Assembly (NCBI GenBank): GCA_965197905.1
Contig: CBDAOB010000002.1
Span: 96,001-160,000 of the forward strand
DNA from: Candidatus Latescibacterota bacterium
GTDB taxonomy: Bacteria > Latescibacterota > UBA2968 > UBA8231
Direction of reading: 5' to 3'
DNA: 64,000 nt
The position numbers and the translations under genes were made by a program. Position 1 is the stretch's first letter. Every line of letters starts with the position of its first letter. Shown piece by piece: positions 19,372 through 30,527 of this stretch. The notes under the pieces were generated by a model, which was given only the letters and a program-made list of their open reading frames with translations, did not search any database and was not told the origin of the DNA.

Positions 19372-21318
19372 CTATCTAAGGGACCGGTAGCGCCTTACGT
19401 CCTTCAGGATGGCTCCGGTGAAGTTATGCAGACCTCCGGAACCTCCTGGCACATCTCCAAAGACAGGCACAGTGTTGAACGGGCGCCATTGATCCGCGCG
19501 GCCTTCCAACAGGACGCTGCCGTCCAACGCTATGAGAACTCTCGTTCGCAGTCCTTCAGCTTCAGACGCGTCAAAGCGCGCCCAAAAGGGATGTTCCGGC
19601 GGAGGGTAAAACGAACCCAGATCCAGGGTTAGTTTGTGTGGAGCGGCCGCATCGACTGTCACCGGGTCAGACTCGGCGCGCGACCCCCTCCTCTTGTGGA
19701 AACCAATGACGATCTGGGTGTCATTGAGCCGGCGCCAGTAAACAAGGTTGCAGAACTTTGCTCGGCCCGTGGCAACCAGCACTTCCTCTCTTTCTGATGA
19801 GATGTCAATCGGAAACCTGAGATCCAGTTCGAGCCGTTCGATGATGGCGTCCCCCGACCAACCGGTGTAATGCGCCGCCGCATTGGCCCACAGCGCTACG
19901 CGGGTAAGGTACGGAGAGGAACGCCCCGGAGACACGGAGCACGCAGCCAGGAACGTCGTGACTAGCGTTGCCACAAGCATCACAGACCAAGCCGCGTACG
20001 CGAGTCGGCGCCAAACAGCATTCCCTCGCCAACGATCAACGACAACGAGCAGACCTACTGCCGCGAGCACGGCCAGCAAAGACGCCAACTCCATCTCGTA
20101 GCGCACCGTAACCGCGAGGTACATGGAAAGCAAACCAAGGATAGCCGCGAAACCGGCTACAACTATCACAACCAATCGTTTCAACCCGGCCACGCGCAGC
20201 GCCGGAAGCGACAAGGCGGACACCCAAAGAAGCGGCAGCAATGGAAGCAAACCGAAGACATCCTCGACTTCTCGGCTTTCCACGGGCAGACTATCTGCGG
20301 CGGACGGCAGTAGGAACGGAAAATAATCGGTGGTAACCGGTGGGGCGAAGAGATACATGCCGACGCCGAACGGAACATGCCGGAGTGCGAATAACGACGA
20401 ACCAATCGGATCATCATTCAACTGGTAGCGCACACCGAATTCGAATGGGTCATCGAAACGCGCGAAATTGAGGAGGAGGACGACGAAGACGCATACCGCG
20501 ACAGGCATCGTAGCATGTCCCACCAACTTTTGGAAGTGCGTGGTTCGCCACTCGCTCCGCATATCCCACACTGCCGCGAACAAAACCGGAGAGACGACGA
20601 TCCAGGAGGGGCGGGAGGCGACGGCCAGGCCGAAGGCCAGGCTCGCGACAGTCAGCGGAGTCGCGCGCAGCGCCGGTGGCCGGCAAAGAGCTACCGCAAG
20701 CTGCCACCAGAACAGCGACGTGAAAGCATAGGCGGCAACGATCGACACTTCGTAGACCGATGGCCGCTGAAGAACAACAGCGGCGAAGTTGCCAACCCCC
20801 AACGCCAAGAGCAGGGAAAAACGAATGGCTGAACCCGTGCGAGGGAAAAACTGGCGGATAACATGCAGCAAAAATAGGGATGCGAACAACCACCCAGCCA
20901 CCGTGAAGAACAACACGGCCCAGGCCGTGTCGAGACCCTGACCGGTCAGCAATCGCCACGGAAGAAACACCACCAGGGCGGGAGCAGGCCCCCAGTACAT
21001 GTACAGCCGACCGCCGTAGAAACTGAGGTCATGAACACCTCGTTCGCGGGCGTATCGAAAGGACCGGTTGGCCTCGGGATCGTAGGGGTCAGGCAGAACC
21101 TTCAAGCCATCCGCTACAGGCACGGGTAGATCGAGACGTCCCTGCAGCCAGCCCTCGACCATCAAGGGAAAGTACTCGTGTGACGGATAAACCGCGTGGT
21201 CCCCCGGTGCCGGGTCTGGCACTACCGCCCACCCCCAGAAACCAGCGAGCAAGACGCCCGCCAAGAGCAGGACCAGCGGGTCACGGCGTCGATTGCCGAT
21301 GGCGGTGCCAGGCGCCAT
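19372..21318 (-). CDS. Multi-pass membrane protein, possible GT-C-fold glycosyltransferase with a C-terminal extracytoplasmic domain
   Basis: More than 10 TM helices; first loop DLSFYGGRLYMYWGPAP; VYE, ASRP, NFARFDDPFEFG and RYE motifs; start assumed at 21318. Confidence 0.6.
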   Translation of the reverse strand: MAPGTAIGNRRRDPLVLLLAGVLLAGFWGWAVVPDPAPGDHAVYPSHEYFPLMVEGWLQGRLDLPVPVADGLKVLPDPYDPEANRSFRYARERGVHDLSFYGGRLYMYWGPAPALVVFLPWRLLTGQGLDTAWAVLFFTVAGWLFASLFLLHVIRQFFPRTGSAIRFSLLLALGVGNFAAVVLQRPSVYEVSIVAAYAFTSLFWWQLAVALCRPPALRATPLTVASLAFGLAVASRPSWIVVSPVLFAAVWDMRSEWRTTHFQKLVGHATMPVAVCVFVVLLLNFARFDDPFEFGVRYQLNDDPIGSSLFALRHVPFGVGMYLFAPPVTTDYFPFLLPSAADSLPVESREVEDVFGLLPLLPLLWVSALSLPALRVAGLKRLVVIVVAGFAAILGLLSMYLAVTVRYEMELASLLAVLAAVGLLVVVDRWRGNAVWRRLAYAAWSVMLVATLVTTFLAACSVSPGRSSPYLTRVALWANAAAHYTGWSGDAIIERLELDLRFPIDISSEREEVLVATGRAKFCNLVYWRRLNDTQIVIGFHKRRGSRAESDPVTVDAAAPHKLTLDLGSFYPPPEHPFWARFDASEAEGLRTRVLIALDGSVLLEGRADQWRPFNTVPVFGDVPGGSGGLHNFTGAILKDVRRYRSLR

Positions 21319-21323
21319 CGACC

Positions 21324-22112
21324 CTACGCTGCCTCTTCGAACGGCTTCGCAATCTCTTTTACGTGATTGAACGACGTAGTCTGTATCAACTCCACAGTCT
21401 CCGGCGACAAGCGAGCTTTGATCTCTTCCGGAATAGAATCCGGGTTGCCGTAATGCTGCGGCGTAAAACGCAACACCAGCGCGCGACGAACACGGTCGGT
21501 TGGCTGCCACGGCATCGTCCCGTGGGTCAGCAGCTCCGAGATGATCACCACGTCGCCGGCTTTCGGGGTGATGTTCTCCACACCTTCCGGCAAATCACTG
21601 GTCACCAGCTTCTCGTAGAAGAGACCGCTGGGGCGCGGAAACTCCGCCTTGTGGGATCCCGGAACGACCACGAGACCGCCATCTCCCGGACGCACGTCGT
21701 CGAAATAGGGAAAAACCACCAGGTCGTCGCAAAAGATCTCGCCGTTCCTGACGGCATAGCGAGTGGCCCCCCAGCCGAAATGCTCCCGGGCACAGTGCAA
21801 TTTGCTCTCGGAAGGGCGCTTGTGGTCGGCGATGAGGGATCCTCTCAGAAGCCGGGGTCTGTTCTGAGTCAGTCCGCACACAATCGGGAATATGCCGGGG
21901 TGCAGCGGCAATCTCTCCAAACATTTGTCGAAGGCGAAACCGTGTTCGTGCAGCCAACCCTTGTGCTCGAAGCCCGGAGGCAGATCTTCGTCGGGGGTGT
22001 CCATATATCGGGCGGTCGCCTCGCGGCAGCTTTCCAATTCCTCGGCGATGAGCACCCCCTTCAGATGCAGATAACCTCTGACGTCGAATAGGTACTTCTG
22101 CTCCGGTGTCAT
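21324..22112 (-). CDS. Phytanoyl-CoA dioxygenase (PhyH) family Fe(II)/2OG enzyme with an HxA motif
   Basis: MTPEQKYLFDVRGYL, GGLVVVPGSHK, KAGDVVIISELLTHGT, RRAL; first-His motif is LHCA; RBS GGAG before 22112. Confidence 0.85.
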   Translation of the reverse strand: MTPEQKYLFDVRGYLHLKGVLIAEELESCREATARYMDTPDEDLPPGFEHKGWLHEHGFAFDKCLERLPLHPGIFPIVCGLTQNRPRLLRGSLIADHKRPSESKLHCAREHFGWGATRYAVRNGEIFCDDLVVFPYFDDVRPGDGGLVVVPGSHKAEFPRPSGLFYEKLVTSDLPEGVENITPKAGDVVIISELLTHGTMPWQPTDRVRRALVLRFTPQHYGNPDSIPEEIKARLSPETVELIQTTSFNHVKEIAKPFEEAA

Positions 22113-22269
22113 ACTTAACTCCATTGAAAATAGTTAGTTGAAAACTTGGTCTTGAGTGGCTTGTCCATAAAGAGTCCATAAACTCGCGCAAATCTGCCAA
22201 ATAATGGATTGCAAGAAAAGGAACTGACCAAGACATGCAAACAGAATCGGCGCCAGCGGCGTCCGAACT

Positions 22270-22454
22270 CCCGCCGTGGGCTGGTTTGTCCGAAAGGACC
22301 TGGGGGCCAAGGATTAGCCAGCGAAGGAGCAAAACGAATCGTCGATTTTGGGTTTCGAGAGCTGGAAATGGACAAGATCTCGGCATAGTGTATCGAGGAG
22401 AACACGGTATCTGAACGAATCATGCAAAAGCTAGGCATGACCAAGGAGGCCAGG
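22270..22454 (+). pseudogene. RimJ/RimL GNAT acetyltransferase remnant
   Basis: Manual translation VGWFVRKD/WGQGLASEGAKRIVDFGFRELEMDKISA*CIEENTVSERIMQKLGMTKE, with a frameshift, an internal TAG and no N-terminus. Confidence 0.7.
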
Positions 22455-22523
22455 TCTCGGATCCGGCGTCCTGCTGCAGAGTCTTCTCGCGAGTATTCAC
22501 CGTTGAATATTACGTTCCGGACA

Positions 22524-25273
22524 ATGGTACGACGTAACTTACTGTATCTGTGGCAAAACACACGGTTGGCGAAGAGGTCATTCGTTCCAGCATTAAGAAT
22601 AGTTCTCATCGTACTTCCTCTATGCGCAACATCCTTGGACGCCCTGCGGGAACAAGCGCCAGGGCAAGGCCGGCATGAGGTTCTACCAACGCGATCCTTC
22701 CTGCGCTGGGAGCGACCTTCCTATGGCAACTTTGCCTTCGAACAATATACCAACTATCCAAACCATTTTTGGCCCTATGAGGACACACCGAGAGCTCTCT
22801 ATGATCCGTTTGGAAACCACGTAATTACGGGGTTCGATTCACACCAATGGTTAGAGCTCCGAACGCCAGGCCTTTCTTGTGCCCGTCCGATACGACGAGG
22901 CCAGAAGTGCGGCAGTTTAGTGCATGGAATAGGGACTGTCGTAACCCGGGGTTCCCATGGCGAATGGGGTTATGCGGCCGTCATCGGACCAAATGGGGGT
23001 GCCCGCCTATCACCCCTGACCCTTTCCATGACTTCCTTCAACGGTTTTCGAGTGGATCTGACTTCACGCCATCTGGATACAACGATTCTAGGCTCCCGCA
23101 TTGACCGGCCCGGTGGAGGTGAAGTCGACGATGCGAACCTGTTACTCGGTTCCAGAGTGCAGGTGCGTGTAGGAGCACTCCAGATCGGTCTCAACGGTGG
23201 CAATATTCATACGTACCAGAGCACCAAGCCTGGAAACAGCGTTAAAGGCCGGCTTCATTCCGAGCAACCAATTATCGACTGGATCGTGGTACGTTTTGAA
23301 GATGATTCGCCTGCAGACGGAACCGGCGGTGCCGTTGTTCAATCCGCTCAGCTTATAGTTAATGGGAAACCTCGGCCTGACTTGGTGCCCGAAGTGATCA
23401 GGCACCAATCGGGTATTAAGGCGCAGGTTGGAAATCCCTCGGCGGTGACGGGACACTTTCTTGGACTTCCGTACGCTAGCATAGGCCAGGATAACCTAGC
23501 GCAGTCCGCGTATTATTCGAATCAGACGATCCCGCTTTTCGCTGACTATTTCTACCGCCTTGACCACGAAAGGGGCAGAGACGTGGCTCCGTTCACGAAT
23601 CTCGGTAGTCTCTTGTCGAACTTACAGCTGTCATCTCCCGGAGAAATACTGATTGCAGATGGTGGAGACCAACTCAACTTCCTGTTCAACGTGTCCGATG
23701 AGCCGATGGTCGAATCCGTTTCCGTCGAGGCGCTGCTCGCTGGTGACTACCGCGTCAGCGTAGCGACTGTATCTCAGATAAGCACTAACGAAAGATGGGA
23801 GTATCGCTTCCGCAGCACGTTTCTGAAAACAGTTCTACGAGCGCCAGGAAACGTGCAAGACGGCACGAATCTGGAACGCCGGCGCTTCGAGATCGGTGAA
23901 CACACATCAATTTTCACCTATAGCTCCGACTTAACCGTAGAGGTTCCGGGACTCGTTATCAACGCGGAGTATGCAGGTTCGACCGTTTGGTCCAGGTATC
24001 CCGCTGCGTTGGGCGCGCCCAACCGCCAGAGGGTTTTCAATCAAGGTAGGCGATTTGCAGAGCGTGGCAGCGCCTATTTCATCAATGCGGTTCACTGGTC
24101 CGAGGGTGGTAACCTGGGCGCAGAAATCTTCTCAATGCACCCTGATTTCCAGACCAATATGCGCAACTATTCGCATTCCTTTGACAACAAGACCGCTTTC
24201 TGGCGCTTGGTAGAGGACAACGAGGACGCTGATTATTATGCCGATTACGACTACTTCCAATTGGACCCAACAGGAGTTTTGCTTGATCAGGACAACGATC
24301 GGGACGGTATCCCCGACACCAACCGAAACCTCAATGAATTGCTGGATTACGAGGAGCCGTTTCTAGCATTTTACGCGGATCCCAACAGGTACGTGTATGG
24401 TCTGGATCGCAACCACAATGATGAGCCAGATCGTCGCGAGGATGATCTCGATCCGGACTATCCGTACGACTTTGACCAAAAGGGCTTTCACCTATTTGGA
24501 CAGATAAACCTGACGCCTCATTGGGGCTTGGCGTCGGGGCTTTTCTCGATCAGGGAGCTGGCAGGAGCGGGGCGCAACCGAGCTACCTACCTCTTGATGA
24601 CCTATCGCCGAGAAGACCCTATGTAAACGAGTTTTACGCCGATGCCCGGATTAGGCCATGGGCGTCTTTGTCATTGGATCACACAGTCCGGTATAGATCG
24701 AACTGGCAAAGGGCCGGGAGATCCATTAGCGGCAATGTGCAAAGAGAGCGGCGACTTGACTTCCTGACCTTGGTTAGTCGCTCGGAGTTTATCAAGCACT
24801 TTTACAAGGCAAAGCTCACTTTGCAGCACAAACTAATGCTTCTTCGAGATGTCGATCGCACGTCCAACCTGGTCCTACGTTCCGAGACCCAGTCAATGCC
24901 AATTGTTCGGGTGGAATTCCCTCTTACATCGCGAACCGCACTGCGCTTTGGTGCCCATGGCATTGGACCTTTGCCTCATAGAGCATTGTGTACAGGATGT
25001 GGCCAGTTTGGCAGATTGTGTACAGGATGTGGCCAGTTTGGCAGAACCAATTCGCTCTTGCGCCGGGACTCTGCGAGTTTCAAGCAGCATACGCTGATCG
25101 CCTCCGTAAACAACCAGTCGCAATATTCTGGATACGAGCTCCATACAGTCATCGGTTTTGAGAAGAGCCGAAAGCGTTTTGATAACTCTCTATATTCCAA
25201 CAGTGAGTTTGATAGTTGGACGATTTTTGTTCGAGGGTTAGTGGGCTTTGGCATATACGCGCAGCTGTTATGA
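22524..25273 (+). CDS. Large exported/outer-membrane hypothetical protein with Ca-binding Asp-rich motifs, frameshifted near 24620
   Basis: Hydrophobic signal-like segment; DQDNDRDGIPD and DRNHNDEPD motifs; beta-strand-like C-terminal ORF (24521..25273) continues in another frame from YVNEFY. Confidence 0.6.
24985..25044 (+). repeat. Perfect 30-bp tandem duplication (ATTGTGTACAGGATGTGGCCAGTTTGGCAG x2)
   Basis: Read directly from the sequence; encodes LCTGCGQFGR twice in frame. Confidence 0.95.
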
Positions 25274-25503
25274 ATACGAAGGGAGCCGCTCAGTGGTTGG
25301 TTGCCTCGTTACGTGTATTGAGGGAACATGTCTCTTAGGGATCCTCTGTCTAACCAAGTGACACTAGGCAACTATAATGCGACAAATAGGTCACTGGGGC
25401 AGGTGGCAACACTGGGGCGAGCGCTCCCGGTCTCCTTGACCCGGAGCCGCAAAACCCCGTCGATGCGCGTTGTCGGCCGAAACGAACTAGGGAGTGTACA
25501 TCG

Positions 25504-27163
25504 ATGACCGTCATGAGCGGGAAGCGAGCGATGATGCAGATGCTCAAGGCAGAGGGCGTTGGCTACATCTTCGGCAACCCGGGCACCAGCGAAAGCGCCA
25601 TGATGGACGCACTCGAGGAGTTCCCGGATCTGGAATACATCCTGGTCACCCAGGAGGGCGTCGGTGTCGGAATGGCCGATGCCTATGGTCGCCTGGCCGG
25701 TCGGCCAGCCTTCCTCAACCTGCACATCGAAACCGGCCTGGCCAACGCCATCAGCCTGCTCTACAACGCCAACGACGGCGGTTCGCCGATGGTTGTCACT
25801 TCCGGCAACAAGGACATTCGGGAACTGGCCGTCGAACACACCGACCTGGCTGCCATGGTCGCCCAGTTCACAAATGGTCCGCCGAGGCCACCCGTCCGGA
25901 GCAGGTACCCTTTCTGCGCCACGCCTTTCAGGTGGCCAAGTCGCCCCCTCCCGGTCCTACATTCGTAGGCTTTTCCGCCAACGCGATGGACGAAGAAGCG
26001 GAGTTCGACCTGTTCCCGTCCCAGGGCTTACTCTCGCACCGCCCCGGACCCGGATGCTGTTGAAGCAGCCGCCCGCATCCTGGCAGAGTCGGCCAACCCG
26101 CTGATGATCGTCAGCGACCGCATCGCCAGGAGCGGTCGCCGAAGCGGTGCGCCTGGCCGAGCTAGTTGGTTGCCCGGTGCATCATACGATCATGCATTCG
26201 GAGTACAACTTCCCTCACCACCATCCACAATTCAGAGGCATACTGCGGTTGGCTTTCCCCGAGGTCGAGGAGGTGGTCAACGGCGCCGACGCGGTGCTGT
26301 TCATCGGCAAGTTCGCCACAGGCTTCTACATGTTCTCGCAACCCCGGTTGGACTTTTTCCATCGCTGCCCGAAACTGATCCATATCGACACCGATCCGAC
26401 CCAGGTGGGCACGACCCAGCGCACCGAAGTCGGCATCGTCGTCGATCCGAAGAGCACCCTGGCGGCGCTGGCCGACGCACTGGAGGACGGTCTGCCGGCA
26501 GAGGTTAAGGAAGCGGCAGCGGCACGGATCTCGGCTATGACTGAAGAGAAACAAAGGCTGCGGATGCATCGGGATTCGCAGCTCGAATCCCATTGGGACG
26601 ATGCACCGATGAGACCGGAACGTATGGCCCACGAGATCGCTCAGGCATGCCCGGAGAACGCGCTCATTGGCGACGATTCCGTCACTTCTCGCGAGGCCGT
26701 GAAGCAGGCTTTTCTCGACAGCTCTCAACGACTCGTCGGCGCCCGTGGCAGCGCCCTGGGTTGGGGAATGGGTGGCACCCTGGGCGTCAAGCTGGCTCGT
26801 CCCGACCAGCCGGTCATCGGCATTCTTGGAGACGGCAGCGCCATGATGACGGTCCAGGGACTGTGGACGGCGGCCGCCTACGACATCCCGGTCGTCTATG
26901 TCGTCTGCAACAACGGCATGTACCGGGTCCTGAAGATCAACATGAACGCCTACAAGACGCTAATTGAGGGCCAGGAGCAGCCGGCCAGCAACTACATCGG
27001 GATGGATTTCCCGGTACCGTTCGACCTGGCCGCCATCGCCCGGGGGATGGGCGTCTACGGTTGCCGCCTCGAAGACCCGGCACAGATTCGACCGGAGATC
27101 GAAAAGGCACTCGATTCGGGCAAACCGGCCCTGCTGGATGTGTTAATCGACGGGACAGTCTGA
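25504..27163 (+). pseudogene. ThDP-dependent enzyme, benzoylformate decarboxylase (MdlC)-like, with three frameshifts
   Basis: FGNPGTSE, NLHIETGLANA, GDGSAMM...CNNG; reading frame changes near 25872, 26028 and 26134. Confidence 0.8.
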
Positions 27164-27244
27164 CACACTCCCTCCTCGGGCAGGAGATGCGGAACGCCGT
27201 GCCATCCGGGTTCTTGACGTCGAATAGTACTTCTGGGTGTCATT

Positions 27245-28246
27245 TCACCCCACCTTCTGTGCATTGCCTGATTCTCCAGACTTTATGAGCGCATCTAGCA
27301 CACCCAGTATTTCCAGGTTATTACGACCGCTGGTTTCCGGCTCCTGCCCGCCTCGAACCCAAGAGGCAAAAGACAACGCGACCTGCGCGTCCATGGAGCG
27401 GTCCAAGTCGCCGTCGATCGGATGAGGCTGCAAACCCGCTGAGCTGTCCTCTCCGATGAAGATCGTCTCTTCGCCACCCATGCAGCGCGTATTCCTCATT
27501 ACCACGGCCGCTTTTTCGCATTCGATGCGGAATTCACAGCCGTGGGTGCGGGAGTCGGAGGTGGAGACCATCACCACGCGACACCCGTTGCGCATGGTGA
27601 TCTCCGCGGTTACTGTCGACTCTCGACTCCAGGTTGTCCGCGGCGGTTTGTAAGCATGCCCGAATACCTCGACCGCTGGTTGGTTCAGCATGGAGATGAT
27701 GGAATCCACCTCGTGCACGGTCATCTGCCACAGCTGTGAGTAGGGTGAATCGGGATATTCGCTGCCCCGCGACTTGTAGCCAAGAAAATGCGCACACTGC
27801 GGTTCGCCGTATGTGTTTTCCCGCATCAACCTGCGGATGGTGCGTTGGGCGGGCATATAACGCCACTGTTGGTTGATCACGACCTTGCGCTCGCGGCTTT
27901 CTGCCAGATTCAGCAAGCGTTTGGCCGGCTCCAGCTCCAGCACAAACGGTTTCTCCACCAGCAGATGTTTGTCCGCCAGCAAAGCCTGCTCAACCAGCGG
28001 CTCGTGAGAGCGGGCCCAGGTAGCGATGACAACGCCATCGCAGGAGGTTCTTACGAGCGCCTCGTCGAACGAAGTGTACCCCAGGCTCTGGGGCAGGGAG
28101 AACTCTTCCAACACGGTGTTCAAGAGTTCCGCGTTTAGATCGACCACGCCCACCAGCTCGAACTGCTCTTGCATCGCGGTCAGGTTGCGTATGTGAGACT
28201 TCCCACGCCCAAGTCCCACGACGATCATGCGCATCGGGTCGGCCAT
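27245..28246 (-). CDS. Gfo/Idh/MocA oxidoreductase
   Basis: VVGLGRG, HLLVEKPF, NQQWRY, MTVHEVD. Confidence 0.88.
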   Translation of the reverse strand: MADPMRMIVVGLGRGKSHIRNLTAMQEQFELVGVVDLNAELLNTVLEEFSLPQSLGYTSFDEALVRTSCDGVVIATWARSHEPLVEQALLADKHLLVEKPFVLELEPAKRLLNLAESRERKVVINQQWRYMPAQRTIRRLMRENTYGEPQCAHFLGYKSRGSEYPDSPYSQLWQMTVHEVDSIISMLNQPAVEVFGHAYKPPRTTWSRESTVTAEITMRNGCRVVMVSTSDSRTHGCEFRIECEKAAVVMRNTRCMGGEETIFIGEDSSAGLQPHPIDGDLDRSMDAQVALSFASWVRGGQEPETSGRNNLEILGVLDALIKSGESGNAQKVG

Positions 28247-29305
28247 TCAAATCCTTTCGATAGTTTTCTGCTCGCCAAGAGACCAGAGCATGGCCCGCTC
28301 GGGATCGACGCGGGGATAGATCTGGTCTCCTGGCGCGGTCACCGTGTTGCGGTCGGTGAGAATATGCACGATCGATCCGGACCATTCCACCGCCAGCACC
28401 AGATTCGGACCGGACTCTTCCACCAGTTGCACACGAGCAGCTTCCGAACCCCCATCCGGCTGCAGATTCTCGGGACGAATACCCAGAAGCATCTCGGGTT
28501 CGGTGTGGCGCGAAACCTCCATCACCGGCATGCCGTTGGCCTCCCAGAATCCGTCCCGCGCCCGTACTGGCAACAGGTTTATGGGGGGATCTCCCAGTAG
28601 TCGTGCCACTTCGGGAGATATCGGATCGGTGTAGATCTCTTCCGGGGGACCGATCTGGCGAATCTTTCCCTGCGTCAAAACGGCGACGCGATCGGCCATG
28701 CTGAGGGCTTCGGCCTGATCGTGGGTCACGTAGACCATCGGAATCTTCAATTGTCGCTGCAACACCGCCAACTCCGCTCTCAAGCTCTCCCGCAGCTTCG
28801 CATCCAGGTTGGTCAGAGGTTCGTCCAGGAGAAACAGGCGTGGGCGGCGGACGATGGCGCGGCCGATGGCAACCCGTTGCATTTCGCCGCCGGAAAGCTG
28901 TTCCGCCCGGCGTTCCATCAGGTGTGAGATCCTCAGCAGCGAAGCGGCCCAGGTGAGCCGTTGGTCTATCTCTTCAGCGTCTAGCCCGCAGCGCGGCGCC
29001 CGCAGGGGAAACTCCAGGTTTTGGCGCACGGTCCAGCCGGCGTAGAGTGAGAAGTTTTGAAAGACGAAAGCCACATCCCGTTCGGCAGGTGATCGCAGCG
29101 AAACATCGTTCCCATCCATCTTGACGATGCCGCCGTCGGCCTTCTCCAAACCCGCGATGGTGCGCAGCAGGGTTGTCTTACCCGCACCCGTGGGACCCAG
29201 CACCACCAGCAATTCTTCCTCGCCAACGCTCAAGTCTACACCGTCGAGCGCGCCGATCGAGCCGAAGGTTTTCACCAGCTGTTCGAGTTGCAGAAAAGAG
29301 CTCAT
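28247..29305 (-). CDS. Sugar ABC transporter ATP-binding subunit (MalK-like)
   Basis: GPTGAGKT, LSGGEMQR, LLDEPLTNLD, YVTHDQ. Confidence 0.92.
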   Translation of the reverse strand: MSSFLQLEQLVKTFGSIGALDGVDLSVGEEELLVVLGPTGAGKTTLLRTIAGLEKADGGIVKMDGNDVSLRSPAERDVAFVFQNFSLYAGWTVRQNLEFPLRAPRCGLDAEEIDQRLTWAASLLRISHLMERRAEQLSGGEMQRVAIGRAIVRRPRLFLLDEPLTNLDAKLRESLRAELAVLQRQLKIPMVYVTHDQAEALSMADRVAVLTQGKIRQIGPPEEIYTDPISPEVARLLGDPPINLLPVRARDGFWEANGMPVMEVSRHTEPEMLLGIRPENLQPDGGSEAARVQLVEESGPNLVLAVEWSGSIVHILTDRNTVTAPGDQIYPRVDPERAMLWSLGEQKTIERI

Positions 29306-30369
29306 AGTCTGTTCTCGGTCGACGGGTCGAAGAAGCAAAGCTGGTCTGTCTCGAATCCGATCGGCAGCAGCTCTTCCCGGTGGGTTGCGTTTTCCGCCGG
29401 CACTCGAACGATGCATGGACCGCAGTCGGTATCCAGATGCAGATTGCGCCACGCCCCCTGGTACTCGTCAAGCTGCACCCGACCCCGCAAAGGTCCGTCG
29501 TCCATCGGGAACAACGCTTCGGGACGCACTCCGAGAACCACCGGACCCGCACGGAGCTCACGGCTCACATCCACCTGAAGAAAGCCGGTTGAACTCCTGA
29601 ATGTGGTTCTGCCGGCCTCCTGCTTGACCTGGCCTTCGAAGAAGTTCATCCCCGGGCTTCCGAGGAAGTGGGCGACGAATAGATCCGCCGGTCGATGGTA
29701 CACCTCACTCGGCGAACCGACCTGTCTGATCTTCCCATCTTGCATAACTACGAGGGTATCGGCCAGCCGCGTGGCCTCTTCCTGATCGTGCGTAACGTAG
29801 ACGGTGGTGATGCCGGCCTCCAGCTGCTGGGCACGAATCAGCTCTCGAATCTCCCGCCGCAACTCCAGATCGATCGTCCCCAGCGGTTCGTCCATCAGGT
29901 ACAGCTTTGGACTTCGTACCATGGCGCGGCCCAACGCGACCCGCTGCTGATCTCCGCCGCTGAGCTGTTGAGGGCGAGCGTCGGCAAGTCGTCCCAGCTG
30001 CAAACGATCGATCACCGACTGCACGCGTCTTTCCCGTTCGCCGCCGTCGATTCCTTCGCAGCGGAGCGGAAAGGCGATGTTCTGTCGCACCGTCATGTGC
30101 GGATAGAGCGCGTAGAACTGGAAGACGAACCCGACGTCGCGGGCGCTTGCCGGCAAACCGGTGACCGTGGTCCCTTCCACGAGGACCTCGCCACCGCTTT
30201 CGGTTTCAAGTCCGGCCAGCAAGCGCAGGGTGGTTGTCTTGCCGCATCCGGACGGTCCCAAAAGAACGGCGAACTCGCCCTCGTGGCAGCTCAGATCGAA
30301 CCCGTCCACTGCCACGGTGCCGTCGGGAAAGACCTTTCGCAGCGAGCGAATCTCCAATAGGCTGCTCAC
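29302..30369 (-). CDS. Sugar ABC transporter ATP-binding subunit (MalK-like)
   Basis: GPSGCGKTT, LSGGDQQR, LMDEPLG, YVTHDQ. Confidence 0.92.
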   Translation of the reverse strand: MSSLLEIRSLRKVFPDGTVAVDGFDLSCHEGEFAVLLGPSGCGKTTTLRLLAGLETESGGEVLVEGTTVTGLPASARDVGFVFQFYALYPHMTVRQNIAFPLRCEGIDGGERERRVQSVIDRLQLGRLADARPQQLSGGDQQRVALGRAMVRSPKLYLMDEPLGTIDLELRREIRELIRAQQLEAGITTVYVTHDQEEATRLADTLVVMQDGKIRQVGSPSEVYHRPADLFVAHFLGSPGMNFFEGQVKQEAGRTTFRSSTGFLQVDVSRELRAGPVVLGVRPEALFPMDDGPLRGRVQLDEYQGAWRNLHLDTDCGPCIVRVPAENATHREELLPIGFETDQLCFFDPSTENRL

Positions 30370-30527
30370 GACTTAGCTCGACGATGAGAGGTGAAGATGT
30401 GCAATATGGTGAGCACCAGGGTGGCGAAGAAGCCGAAGCGTAACCCACCGGACCACCACGGCTGCAACATGACGGCAACGGCGACGACCATGCCGATCCA
30501 GGCCAGGCGATCGAGGGTGCGCATCAT
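30366..30527 (-). CDS. Small 2-TM membrane protein within the ABC operon (about 53 aa)
   Basis: MMRTLDRLAWIGMVVAVAVMLQPWWSGGLRFGFFATLVLTILHIFTSHRRAKS; start/stop overlaps with both neighbours. Confidence 0.7.
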   Translation of the reverse strand: MMRTLDRLAWIGMVVAVAVMLQPWWSGGLRFGFFATLVLTILHIFTSHRRAKS

